A program made the translations under genes and the position numbers. Shown here piece by piece: positions 1 through 10,810 of a stretch of 64,000 bases of DNA. The stretch is from positions 10,292,001 to 10,356,000 of the forward strand of contig CM120647.1 in NCBI GenBank assembly GCA_051362555.1, written 5' to 3'. Within the stretch, counting starts at the first letter, position 1, and each line of letters opens with the position of its first letter. The notes beneath the pieces are model-generated. The model was not told the DNA's origin. It saw only the letters and a program-made list of their open reading frames with translations, and did no database searches. The DNA is from Lingula anatina (lineage: Eukaryota; Animalia; Brachiopoda).

Positions 1-726
1 TAATTTATAATCAACAACTTCAAACACCGTTAAATGAATTCTTCGGAATTAAAGAGATGAAAATCACACTTATCATCAATTTTAGTTCTTCGTTTATTCA
101 TTTATATGGTTCTATTCAGTCATGGGAATTCATATTCAATGCACATAGGTTTCCACGCGAATACTGACGTGACCCAGTTTTACAACACTACTGCTTTCAC
201 AAAACTTACCCGTAAATCAATAGAAAATCTTCTCCAAGTTTATAAAAACAACGAAGTCCACTTTATTTGCTCCTTTTTTATCAGTGAATATTCGTAAACT
301 ATAAAAACAAACAACAGGCGGTCTGAATTTCGGAACATGAAGTGACAGAGAAAGTGTATTCTTGACACGTGATTAAATGGTGTCAAGAAAGAGTTGCCTC
401 GTTTCGCTTCGTCTCTCATACTTCACAGAACTGCGAAAACGAGGCACTCACAGGGAGATAGTAACTGCTGGATATTTTTAGGCATACGCGCATGCGTATT
501 TCCGTTTCTGCTAAATCAAGTGCTCAGAAGCATGGGAATTACGTATGTAAACAGAAAATGCCATATTTGCTTAGAAATAAATATAATTTTCAGTAAGCAT
601 GAGTGAAAATATACTTTTTCGTTCCATTCAGCCCAACGAGGCGGTGCATTTGACAAATTTCAGCAAGGCGCTTGCAAATTTCAGCGAGGCGGGCGCCTCG
701 CTCATTTAAGTGCAGGGGAAACACTG
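1..726. mobile_element. Right end of a probable hAT-type non-autonomous DNA element in a CAP intron
   Basis: Ends in ...GGGGAAACACTG (reverse complement CAGTGTTTCCCC, a typical hAT/MITE terminus). It is preceded by short GC-rich subterminal repeats (CAAATTTCAGC x2, GAGGCG...CGCCTC) and is CpG-richer than the flanking intron. The left end is not visible. Confidence 0.4.
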
Positions 727-927
727 ATTTATAAAGCAAATCATTCTTACCTAGTAAAACCTGAAGCTGATAAGTGTTTTCATTTTAATGGGTTCGAAAC
801 ATTTTAGATAACTCCAACATTCATTCCTCAAAAGACAAAGGAGTTCAAGAAGAGCCCAATATAATACAGCTATGTCTATTTCAACATACATGATGTGTTA
901 AGAATGGCAATTGTCCAATGGGCTTAC

Positions 928-1123
928 CCTTGGTGATATCTGTTCCTCTGTTGATCTCAGCAAACACCCCACTCATAGCAGCAGCTGGAGAGGGACCCGC
1001 GTCCATACCTCCTGGTGGGGGTGGTGGGGGTGGCCCTGGGGGTGGGGGAGGGGGTGGCCCTCCTGCTGGAGGGGGTGGTGGAGCTGCAGGTCCTGCTGCA
1101 GGGGCACTAGATGCATCAATACC
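928..1123 (-). CDS. CAP1: Adenylyl cyclase-associated protein (CAP), exon encoding the polyproline P1 region and start of the WH2 domain; gene continues off the left edge
   Basis: TAG acceptor (1124-1126), GTAAG donor (927-923), 196 nt, phase 0->1. Translates GIDASSAPAAGPAAPPPPPAGGPPPPPPPGPPPPPPPGGMDAGPSPAAAMSGVFAEINRGTDITKG, matching the CAP 'LFA-IN-G-DIT-GL' WH2 motif. Confidence 0.95.
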
Positions 1124-1467
1124 CTAGAAATACAAAAACAAGCCATTAGATTGAAATAGCTCTTGGTTAATATATATTAAGGCATATTCAGACCAGGTAC
1201 CATTTAGGCAAGAAATGGATGTAAATGACCAAAATACCCCCATCCATTCATATGTTTAACTGTTAGACCAATTTCCAATCCAAAGCAAGTACTGAAATGA
1301 ATACAGCTGACACCAAATTGAGTTCGCTCAAGTAAGCTGAAATACTATAGCTGTTAAGCCCTAAACAAACTATCTATTGGAAAATCAAATAACTTTTCCT
1401 GTGTTCCATGTAATTCAAGAAGCTAGTGCAGCATTAACATCTAAAATAGGTGCTATGTGCTCTTGTG

Positions 1468-1758
1468 TTCCATGTGACAAGCAATGCCTGTGTTGTGGAA
1501 CTCCTTGATGTATAAAACAAAGCACGGGACACAGTTATACAGCACTTAACCCCACATTCCATGCAATCCCTTTGTTGTGGAACTCCTTGATGTATAAAAC
1601 AAGGCACGGCACACAGATATACGGCACTTACCCCTGCGCTCCATACAATGCATGTGGTGTGGAAATTCTTGATGTATAAAACAAAGCACGGCACACAGAT
1701 ATACGGCACTTACCCCTGCGTTCCATGCAATCCCTGTGGTGTGGAACTCCTTGATGTA
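1468..1758 (-). repeat. 82-bp tandem repeat (~3.5 copies) made of the 3' end of a CAP exon plus its splice donor
   Basis: Unit TACATCAAGGAGTTCCACACCACAGGGATTGCATGGAACGCAGGG-GTAAGTGCCGTATATCTGTGTGCCGTGCTTTGTTTTA (minus strand) recurs at 1677-1758, 1595-1676, 1513-1594 and partially at 1468-1512. Confidence 0.92.
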
Positions 1759-1819
1759 GGCCTGCAGTTCCTTCAGAGTCTCGTTCCAGGCTCTCATCCA
1801 ATCCACATGGGTCTTGTCT
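1714..1819 (-). CDS. CAP1: CAP exon, end of the N-terminal helical folded domain
   Basis: CAG acceptor (1820-1822), GTAAGT donor, 106 nt, phase 2->0. Translates [35 protein letters not shown] (conserved 'L--YIK--HTTGL-W'). Confidence 0.96.
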
Positions 1820-2177
1820 CTGGAAAGGGTGACATTTTCATCACATTTATTTAGTCCTTAAAAGTATCCAAAATCTATTGCAAGTTGACAAATATAATAT
1901 AATATAATCTAAAAGCAGATCATTTCTAAACAATTTAAAATTTTTTATCTAAGTTATAATAATTTTCCCCTTTTTATTTTTCACCATCTTTAGGAGACCA
2001 CAAAATACTTTTCCAGAACTGTAAATATGTATGAAATTATAAAATCGCCTATACACAGATTATTGTATTACAGCTGCAAATTCTGAACACTTCGAAACAA
2101 AAGGCAAAGCACTAGACTAAGGAGTTAAACACCCTATCTACAAACTCTATTTGCCCTGCAGATTTTAGACAATTTTC

Positions 2178-2209
<32 letters not shown>

Positions 2210-2280
2210 CCTGACGACCTCTGTCAGATTCACACTCCCATCTCTTCAAAACAATGTTGTGACTGATCTTTAAATCTTAC

Positions 2281-2366
2281 TTTTCTTTGAATTCCTTGAG
2301 AACTCTGTTTCCATAGAACTGTCCAGCATCACCCATCTCCTTCACAAATGGTCCTGGGGCTGGGGC
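2281..2366 (-). CDS. CAP1: CAP exon, helical folded domain
   Basis: TAG acceptor, GTAAG donor, 86 nt, phase 0->2. Translates APAPGPFVKEMGDAGQFYGNRVLKEFKE (conserved 'P-P-VKEM-DA--FY-NRVLK'). Confidence 0.96.
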
Positions 2367-2698
2367 CTACATAATACATACAATACAGATTTTATTATAA
2401 TATTTCTGTGGAATTCTACATTGTGGAACTAAATAAACCGTTTAAAAAAGAAAAATGTGTGATAAGTGCAAACAGTTACAGTACTGCAAAATGTGGTCTG
2501 GTAGATGGAATTCTGAAAAATGCCAACTTCTGAATTTTTCTCATTATTTCTCAAGCTATTCTCTCATATTGCAAAGATACGAGTAAATCAGCGTAGACAT
2601 TTATCTGAGATAAATCCAATATGATACTAAAATGTAAAGTGTGCTGCCCCCTGGTGTTGTGATTAGAGCTGCCCCTAGTGTCATGTACTGTAACTCAC

Positions 2699-2842
2699 CA
2701 CAGTGACCCATCCCAGTGCTGGGCTGGACTCACTGAGAACGGACAGATGGTTTATGAATGGACTCTTATGCTGTTTCTGGCGGAACGCCTGGATGTTCTG
2801 GATCTCGTCTGATGTGGGCTTCAACAGGGCGACCAGTACGTC
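2699..2842 (-). CDS. CAP1: CAP exon, helical folded domain
   Basis: CAG acceptor, GTGAGT donor, 144 nt, phase 0->0. Translates DVLVALLKPTSDEIQNIQAFRQKQHKSPFINHLSVLSESSPALGWVTV (CAP 'NHLS--SES-PALGWV' motif). Confidence 0.96.
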
Positions 2843-3508
2843 CTGGAAGATAACATCATAAATTATAAATTATATAAATTATCATAAATATATTATCATA
2901 AATTATTAAAAGTGGCATTGTCACATTATCATGGTGAAAATTAACTTCAGCAGCAATCAAAATGTTTTTTTTTCTGCAAGTTACAGAAATAACTCTCTCA
3001 CAAAATTCAATTCCTCCTTATATCATTTCATTCATCATTTCCAATTCACAGGTAATTTCATTCATGAAGAAAAATATGAAAAGTGGAATATCGATATCAT
3101 TCTAAATTGATCTTGGTATGAATGCAACTACATCCACATTACCCAAGAAGTGTTTAAACCTAATAGCGAAGTTTGATTGCTGCCATCAAGCTGCCAGTCA
3201 CTATTTGATTGACAGCACCATCCATGCTAAAGACCTGCATATTAGACACAATCAACCAATCACCCGCTTCAAAACTAGGTCAAGGAGCCAACAGTGTGCG
3301 CACACAACAAATCACAGTGTCACCCAAATGTATTGTTCCAACGGCAAGAGGGGTAAACAAATATACAGTCAGGTATTGCTGTGGCTGGGCAAACATTTTA
3401 ACTGATAGCTTTTGTGGTTTAATGTTCGGAGAGAGACGTTTAAATGGGGATTTAAGACACTGAACATGAAATACTCTTTACCGGATCCAGCGCTTTGCCA
3501 AATATCCT

Positions 3509-3592
3509 AGGCTTTTATTGATATGTATTCCTGAAGTGAAATATCCAAGGCTTTTATTGATATGTATTACTGAAGTGAAATACCCAAGATTT
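3509..3592. repeat. Short ~39-bp tandem repeat (2+ copies)
   Basis: AGGCTTTTATTGATATGTATT(C/A)CTGAAGTGAAATA(T/C)CCA repeated head-to-tail. Confidence 0.75.
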
Positions 3593-6500
3593 CGATTGTA
3601 AAATATTATTGAAGTTAATGTATGAGTTTAAGCTACCTTAAAATGTTGAACTTGGAGCGCTTTTCTCAAGTTTCTAATCCTTTACCAAATATGTAATATT
3701 TTTTCTTTTTGTAGTACATTTCAGGGGTAGCACTGGTTGCATTAACATGTGTTCAGTCTTTACAGTTCTATTTCTTCTTATTGGAATACCAAAGACTTCT
3801 TGTAGAATCTCAATCACAGTAGAAAAAATATTTAACATCAAGTAAAAATACCTCCTAAACATTGAGTATGATGCATTCCTCGATAATTTGCCAACTGTTA
3901 AAACTGAATTTCTTTTAAAATGTATAATGTCAATTATTAAAAAAAAAAAAATGTCAACCACTTGACTACTAGTTTGGTCAAAATATGCCTCATAAATCAT
4001 TAAGTAGCAACCTAGCATAAAGAAAGGAGCTAGCAAAACAGCTGTGAAGCTATTTAACCAATGAAACAAATCCATATGCTGACAGTCAATGAAATTCCTG
4101 GTGGATAATTAACTAAACTGAGCTAATTTTATGATACGGTCTCTAAGTGGTCATCATGCTATAATAACACTCATACAGGCTACACTGTGTACTGTCCAAT
4201 GAGAGCATATTTGACTGCTTTGCACGAGCAAATATAAATTAAATAATATTCGCAGTACTCACTGGAAAAACTTCGAGACATACTGCCTATGTCACTTCAT
4301 TAGCAGTAGTGCCGTAATAGTATTTGCTGACCAATTTCCAAACATTCTACCGTTTTCCAGAAGCAAACACCAGTGAGATAACAAATCAGAACGCATACTG
4401 TCACTGGCAAAATATCAGCCATAATGACATCACCAGGGGCAGTTGAGGGCCTTCTTCTGGGTCTTCTGGAAGATGGTCTGAATTTTTCAAGCTTACAATG
4501 ACAGGCTTCTAATTTTATTTGTTGGAAGACAGTCAAAAATTGAAGATGGATCAACAAACATAGTTTGGAAGACTGTCGGAAAATATCTCTGGATCCGCTT
4601 CTGATCACAGCATACAGACCAGCCTCAAGTGCAAATTATTCTACCGTTCTTCGCAAACATTTATCAATGGTGATTTGAATCAACAGTGGCTAATTGTGAG
4701 CTGTCACAAGGTGCATTTATGTCCAAGTTGGGTGGACTATCACACTGAGGTGGACTGTACTAAGACAGGCCATCCATCTCCAATGGAAACATGCCTCATA
4801 ATCTAGCACTTTTGACAAATGATTCAATGTTTTCCGGTATCACTGTTTCCTTGATAACATGATGTTAAATCATAAATCTACACATTTTGACAAGTAGAAT
4901 TTCATACCCCCAATTTAGGAGAATCCAACTACGTCAAATACAACAAATCTATAACCTGAGAATTTATCTGTACTGAGCCTCAAAGAGACAGAGAGTTTTC
5001 CCTTGAAGAACAATAATTCTGTCATTATCCCCTGCAACCCCCCAATAAAAAAATGGGCAAAATACAAGGGAAGTTTGAAACAAGTGTGTTAAAAATTAGG
5101 GTCCCCATCTTTTATTCTGTTTTTATCAGACAGCAACAGTGTAGTCACAACACCAGAAGACATCACCAATGCTTGGTCTGAGTGACTGGCCAAACTTCTC
5201 GACTTCAATCCATACATCTATCTTCACCAGAATACTCAAGGTGATAATTGTATAAATACACTTAATGGACAGTTGCCATGGCAACAGATAACACGATGCT
5301 CGCAGACAATACCTCGCAAATTCTTTTTTATTGTGCAGGATAAAAGTAAGCAAATATTCTCCAGTAAATATACACACACTACACCCAACTCTGTGACAAC
5401 AAATAAATAACCTCCTCGTGACACAGAAACCTGAACAAAGAAATCTGCTGGGTGGAATACAATGGATAAGTATATGGTACTGCCTCGTTAGATTTCAAGT
5501 CCTAACATGAAAAATGATTGTTAAAACACAAACCAATTTTGATATGACACAAGCCATGACCTCTACAAATAGGTATTGAAAGGAACAGAAAACAGGGCTA
5601 CTGTGTAAAATTTCAAGATATGACCTAGAAAACGACCCATAAAATGCGAGCCCCTTGGAAAAAAGTGAGGCAGTTCCTGAAAGACACATGCAACCAACAT
5701 AAACAGGGCGATAAGGGTTTCATCTATATTTGCCCATCTTTGTAATAATACACCTAAAGGTTCGGAAGCCAAGATGCCAAACCCAAAAATAACTTTCATA
5801 TGTTCTCATAAACAATTGAAGTCCGTAGCTTTTACTTAATTCAATGGTGGCCCTTAATTTGTTATCTCAACAGCTCTGTTGATGTAAGAGTAACCTTAAA
5901 TGGCATACTAGTAACCCAGAGTTTGGGACAAAAATGAGCTCGATGAGAAAAAAAAGATTACCCTGAGTAACACTCTTTCAAAATAGAGTAAAATAAGAGA
6001 AGCTACTATTCCTTATATCCCTGAAAATTTCAGGGAATTTACTACTTCTTCAGCAAATAACTGATAATTTTTTTTAGTTAATTGAATTTAAAAAAAAAAA
6101 TATATATATATATATATTGCTTGATAAAATAAAACAGGTAATATGGTTCTACTTTCTTTGGGCCAGAATAAAAATTCTTTGTTATTTGCAAATCCTGCTT
6201 CATCACAACTTAAAGAAGGCAAGACACAAGTATGGAGAAAATAAAAAAATTGCGGAGGTAAAAACTAGGGAAAACTAGTAATTCTCAATTAAGGGCATAC
6301 TTCAGTTGTTTAAAGTTTACTAGCTATGCTTAAATTAATAGTGTAACATGGAAAAAAAATGTCAACTACATCTACCCTATGCAATTTTTAAAAATGATTC
6401 TAAAAATCTAACAAACATTTGAACACAATTTCAAGTTTACATTCGAAACACCTGTATCTAAGGCATTAGCATCAAACCCAATTAAAATATAAAATTCTGT

Positions 6501-7934
6501 TTTCCTTGCCATTTTATTGCCAGTTTTCAAAAAAAGCATTACTTCACCAGGTAATCATTTAATCTCACTTAAAACCCATCAGACTTTTACCAGCCGGAAT
6601 TTTAATTCTGTTTAACAAGCGCATCAGCCATGGTGAATACTCTCCATGTTAAACAACTGTGAAAGAGAAAACAAGGCAAGTCAAAAGTTATAACGCCTAA
6701 TTTGTCCAGGATTATCACGTGTAAACACGCCAGGTGAAACACGACCTTTAGACCCACTACTTCATGCTACTACAATATTATCATAACTCGAATGAAAACA
6801 CATACAGAAGTATCGCACACAGCCGGATCATCACTTGAGTGGAAACCTTCAGAAATTGCCCCGAAAGGAGAAACATCATATTACAACATCGTATGAAATC
6901 CCATCCCTAAGCCTGGTCCACGGGAAGTTCAAGAGAGCATTTCATAAATTGACAACCCGATGGAGTGTGTCTGTCCAGAAAAGGGTGTATTTGCCGCGTA
7001 AAATAAACATGAGGCAACTAACGGCTCATAATGCTTTTTGCCTGAGGCAGTGTATTGTTGATTTTTCTACAGATATCCCCTACAGCAAGTAGCACTGTCA
7101 ATGCCTGATGACTGTGCACATTTATTTTAAAATTGAAAAGTAGTTGGAAAATGGTAATTGTTGGAATTTCACCCCACAACCAACACAATTGTTCTGCCTC
7201 CAAAAATTGACTACTTCCACTTAATATAAATATCCATAAATTAAGTTTATGTTAATTTGCAGGTCAAAAATCGTTCATCTTCTTTTTTCTCTGTTAATAA
7301 ATTGACAATAGAATGATATAAGAAACTTTTTCATTTTCATTCTGAGCTTGCCCTTTAAAAAAAAAAATTAACTTTCAGCATGTGAATCTCAATGATCCAA
7401 AACCAGAAAGGACAATTAATGTAACCATTTTACATTAAACAAAATAAAATTCAATATAAACAATTCCTTTTCATTTCAATCAAAACTTTATCAAACACAA
7501 CTTTTCGCCTTAAAAACTACTCCAAATTCATAAAAATAAATCCTTCAGTTTTATTTACATTACTCATTAAATGATTAAAACCTTTTTTCAAAACGACAGA
7601 TCGAGAAGTCAAGGCATGACCTTGACTTAAATGTGTGCGCAGCTGTGACCGATTGATCTTGGTTACGGAGGTCCCACGACTTTACGACTGACATATTAAC
7701 ACGGTCCAATGAATTCAAGTAACTAATATTCAACCTGCCATGAAGTCATTGCTGTTGGCATTGTAATAGGTGATGTCTCATTTAAATATTCATGAAGTAA
7801 ACATATGAATGACAGGTGGGGTGCTACCCAATTTGCATGTGGTATGTGGTGACATCCATTGGCAGCTTAATGTATGTAAAAAGAAAGTGTGTGTGTGTGT
7901 GTGAGAGAGAAAGAGAGAGAGAGAGAGACTATAC

Positions 7935-8012
7935 CTGTGATGGTTGTTTGCACTTAGCGACTAATGACAGGAATTGTCTCTGTGCCTGAAACCCTTTCAG
8001 CAACATCGCAGC
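7935..8012 (-). CDS. CAP1: CAP exon, helical folded domain
   Basis: CAG acceptor (8013-8015), GTATAG donor, 78 nt, phase 0->0. Translates AAMLLKGFQAQRQFLSLVAKCKQPSQ. Confidence 0.93.
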
Positions 8013-8374
8013 CTGGAACACAATTAATAGGAATAAATAACTCACACTGATTGTGCCAGGACACATCCTTTATCACACCTAGCACAATCTTACAAAAAAC
8101 ACTACTTGGCATTTGTTAATCAATACATTATCATAATAGTGAGCAACACAACCTCTTTTTGCAAACAAATATAGGTGACATTTTCGAAAAAGCAATTAAC
8201 TTTTACTTCACAGCCACAATTAAAAGACTGCCATCAGTTTAGCTTTTTTTCCTTCCACTTAAAGTTTCAAAGAAGAATATCTATATTACAAAATATTCTA
8301 ACATATCTGTTTTGGATTCTTATTTGTTTTCATTTTCAATTTAAAAAAAAAAACAACAAAACTTCCTATCTTAC

Positions 8375-8478
8375 CGATTCCTTGACATCTCCTCCGATCT
8401 TATTGCTCAGGTCTACGAAGGTGGCCAGACTCCCTTTCATCAGGTCATCGAAGGCCGTCACAAAGGCATGGGACACCT
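8375..8478 (-). CDS. CAP1: CAP exon, start of the helical folded domain
   Basis: CAG acceptor (8479-8481), GTAAG donor, 104 nt, phase 1->0. Translates (E)VSHAFVTAFDDLMKGSLATFVDLSNKIGGDVKES (conserved 'AFD-L---L--F--LS--IGGDV'). Confidence 0.95.
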
Positions 8479-9010
8479 CTGGAATGACCACAATATAACA
8501 TTATAGCAAAAAAAAAAAAAAAAAAGTTACATTGAATCAAAAGTCTCATTTACATAGGATTTAATTCGGACTGGAATTCGACTCCTTTTTATTGGACATT
8601 TAACTATGATAACATCCCCTTTTGTCTAAAGAAATCTTTGTCATCCTTTTTCAAAAAGAGAGATATCGACTTTGGTCAGAGCCTGGGAGCTAAAAAAAAA
8701 AAAAAAGAAAGAAAGAAGAAAAGCACTGTAAAAAAACTCTTGTAAATCATAACATCAAGTTCAGTAAAATGGCAGCAATATGCAAGCATATAGTATTCCT
8801 CTCCTAGCTGGAAGTGAAAACTTCTGTCGTCATATACTGATGAAGATGGCTGATGCATTAAGTTACATATGAAGTGAGCGTAGATTTTCTACAAGGCATA
8901 AATCACTACTATAAATCACTGCTACTAAATTCTTATATAACTTAAATTAAGTTCACACACCAAAGGATAAACCAAATTTTAAAATCACTCTATCAGCCAA
9001 AAAAAAAAAA

Positions 9011-9160
9011 GGGTTTTGTAACTCGAAGCATCACAAACTGCAACCGAGTGCAAGCATCTCTATTCCATAACTCGGGATTTACTCGCCCCATATAATAGCC
9101 TCAACATAAAAGGTGATACCGCTATTCGCAATTCGTGATGCTTTCAAGTTATGGAGCCCT
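9011..9160. mobile_element. Small palindromic MITE-like element (possibly PIF/Harbinger-derived)
   Basis: Imperfect ~30-bp terminal inverted repeats: GGGTTTTGTAACTCGAAGCATCACAAACTGC at the left versus GCAATTCGTGATGCTTTCAAGTTATGGAGCCC at the right. Confidence 0.45.
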
Positions 9161-9583
9161 GGTCGTTAACTTTCTCATCTGTCCCTACAGATTATAAGAG
9201 TTTACCATATGACACAGTATGACACATTACTGCTGGATGTGCAATATAGCATAATTATTCAAATGATGTTTGGCAAAAAGGACCAAGGGTTAAATGTAGC
9301 ACAGTGTGACACCAGACAACATTTGTTCAAATACTTTTTTTTCCAAAATTGGTATTTCTTTAAGTTATGCTATTTGAAACTACTATATGATGGTAGTATT
9401 TGGTTGTGTTTGGAGGCAAAGATTTGACTTCATACACAATTTTAGAGTTTTTATAACACCCTGTCATATAAAACAGAATTGTAAGTTTTAACTAAATTAG
9501 TACATCCACAAAGATGAAAATACATCTCTTACTGCTTGTTATCAAACATCTTCCCCAGAAACAAAATACTGAAAGAAAAGGAA

Positions 9584-9715
9584 TACAGTTATAACTCGGT
9601 CTTTTCAATGGGTGGAAAAATTGTGAATTTTATGGATACTGTATTTTTCTTTAAATCTTTTATTTCCTAAAATTACAATATTCATATTGAGCGGTAGCAA
9701 CAAAATTTAAAAGCA
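9584..9715. repeat. Partial second copy of the MITE at 22205-22516
   Basis: TACAGTTATAACTCGGTCTTTTCAATGGG...AATTTTA-GATACT...TTTC-TAAAATTA aligns by eye with 22205-22310. Confidence 0.6.
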
Positions 9716-9900
9716 GGCTTGGATATAAATTTTGTGATTATAGAATTATGTATCTTAAAATTTGATAATTTTTGCCAGTTGAAAAGATGGTGTTATTACT
9801 GTATTTCAGGTAAAATGAAAGCTTTATTTTCTGATTCATCCTGGTATACCTTTTCTAGAACCCCCCTCCACCCCCCCCCCCCCCCCCCCCTCCTACAGAC

Positions 9901-10810
9901 CTTGCTTCACCACAGAGCGAGACGTGTAATGATGCTCCTCCCTGCCTTGTGAAGAATGACTCGGCACTTTTTGGGATGCTGCCATCCTGGGATTGGCACT
10001 TCCATACATGCTGGTTGTTTCCTCCATCTCTCTCTGGAATGGAGGTGAGTTAGCTTCACTCATCTTCCTTTGGTGTGACGGAGAGCCAAATTCAGACATT
10101 TTTCTTGGTTGACTTGGAGAGCCATATTCTGACATTTTTTTCTCCAGCCTTGGAGAATTTGAACAAGATGATTCTATTTCCCATGCTGATTGCATCTCGC
10201 CATTACTCGACTCACTTGCATATATTTCTTCCTTCGGTTTGGTAGACCATGAACTTTCACTTTTTCTCACAGAATCTGTGCTGAGGGGTGTTCTTTTTGG
10301 CTCTGGGCTACGGCTGCCAAGATGGCTTTCAAATGACCTTCTAGATGGCCCAGGGCTACTGTATGGTGATTCCTTTTCCGAGGCAGTCACTGGGGTAACT
10401 GGATGTTCTTCTTTTGGAACTTGAAGTGAGGAAGTTGTGCTGTATTGGCCACCAGATGGCACTGGGGGAGCTGGGGCTTTGGCTTTTCCTGGCTGTGTTA
10501 CCCAGGGTGCTCTGCTGTTTCCACCTCCCTTTCCTCCACCATATTTTCCTGAGGGCATCTGCCATTTTGTGGTCTTATTCTGACGGATTTTGGACTCAAA
10601 AGTTTGCTTTCTAGCAGCCACGTCTGCTTTGGGCGCCCCGCCTTTCTTTTGCACACTTTGTGGATCAAAAGCTTGCTTCCTCTCGGCTATGTTAACACTG
10701 TGAGCAATAGCATTGTTACCACCTTCTTTTGTCTCAGTTTGGTCTGGCTCCTCCTCGCCAGCAGCATCTTGACCCCAAAATCCAGTCTTCTTCAAATTCA
10801 CCTTGAACAT
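9901..10810 (-). CDS. CAP1: Putative alternative first coding exon of CAP (303-aa low-complexity N-terminus)
   Basis: 910-nt open frame on the CAP sense strand inside an AT-rich intron. An in-frame TAA lies just upstream of the ATG. It ends at CAAG|GTCTGT, a phase-1 donor compatible with the 8478 exon. Ser/Pro/Lys/Glu-rich protein. Confidence 0.65.

Noticed and set aside
911-1159. Plus-strand Gly/Trp-rich ORFs
   Set aside because: Antisense shadows of the CAP polyproline exon.
1434-1854. Overlapping ORFs with repeated HTT-I-W motifs
   Set aside because: By-products of the 82-bp exon-boundary repeat; only 1714-1819 fits the CAP frame.
4300-4608. Minus-strand ORF with hydrophobic MADILPVTVCVLICYL segment as another alternative CAP start
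   Set aside because: The only phase-compatible donor (ACG|GTAGAA) is poor and there is no homology; unsupported without RNA data.
9941-9955. GC-type donor CACAAG|GCAGGG resembling the end of the 14228 exon
   Set aside because: Weak match to the GC-AG consensus; the GT donor at 9900 is more plausible and the 9-nt similarity may be chance.
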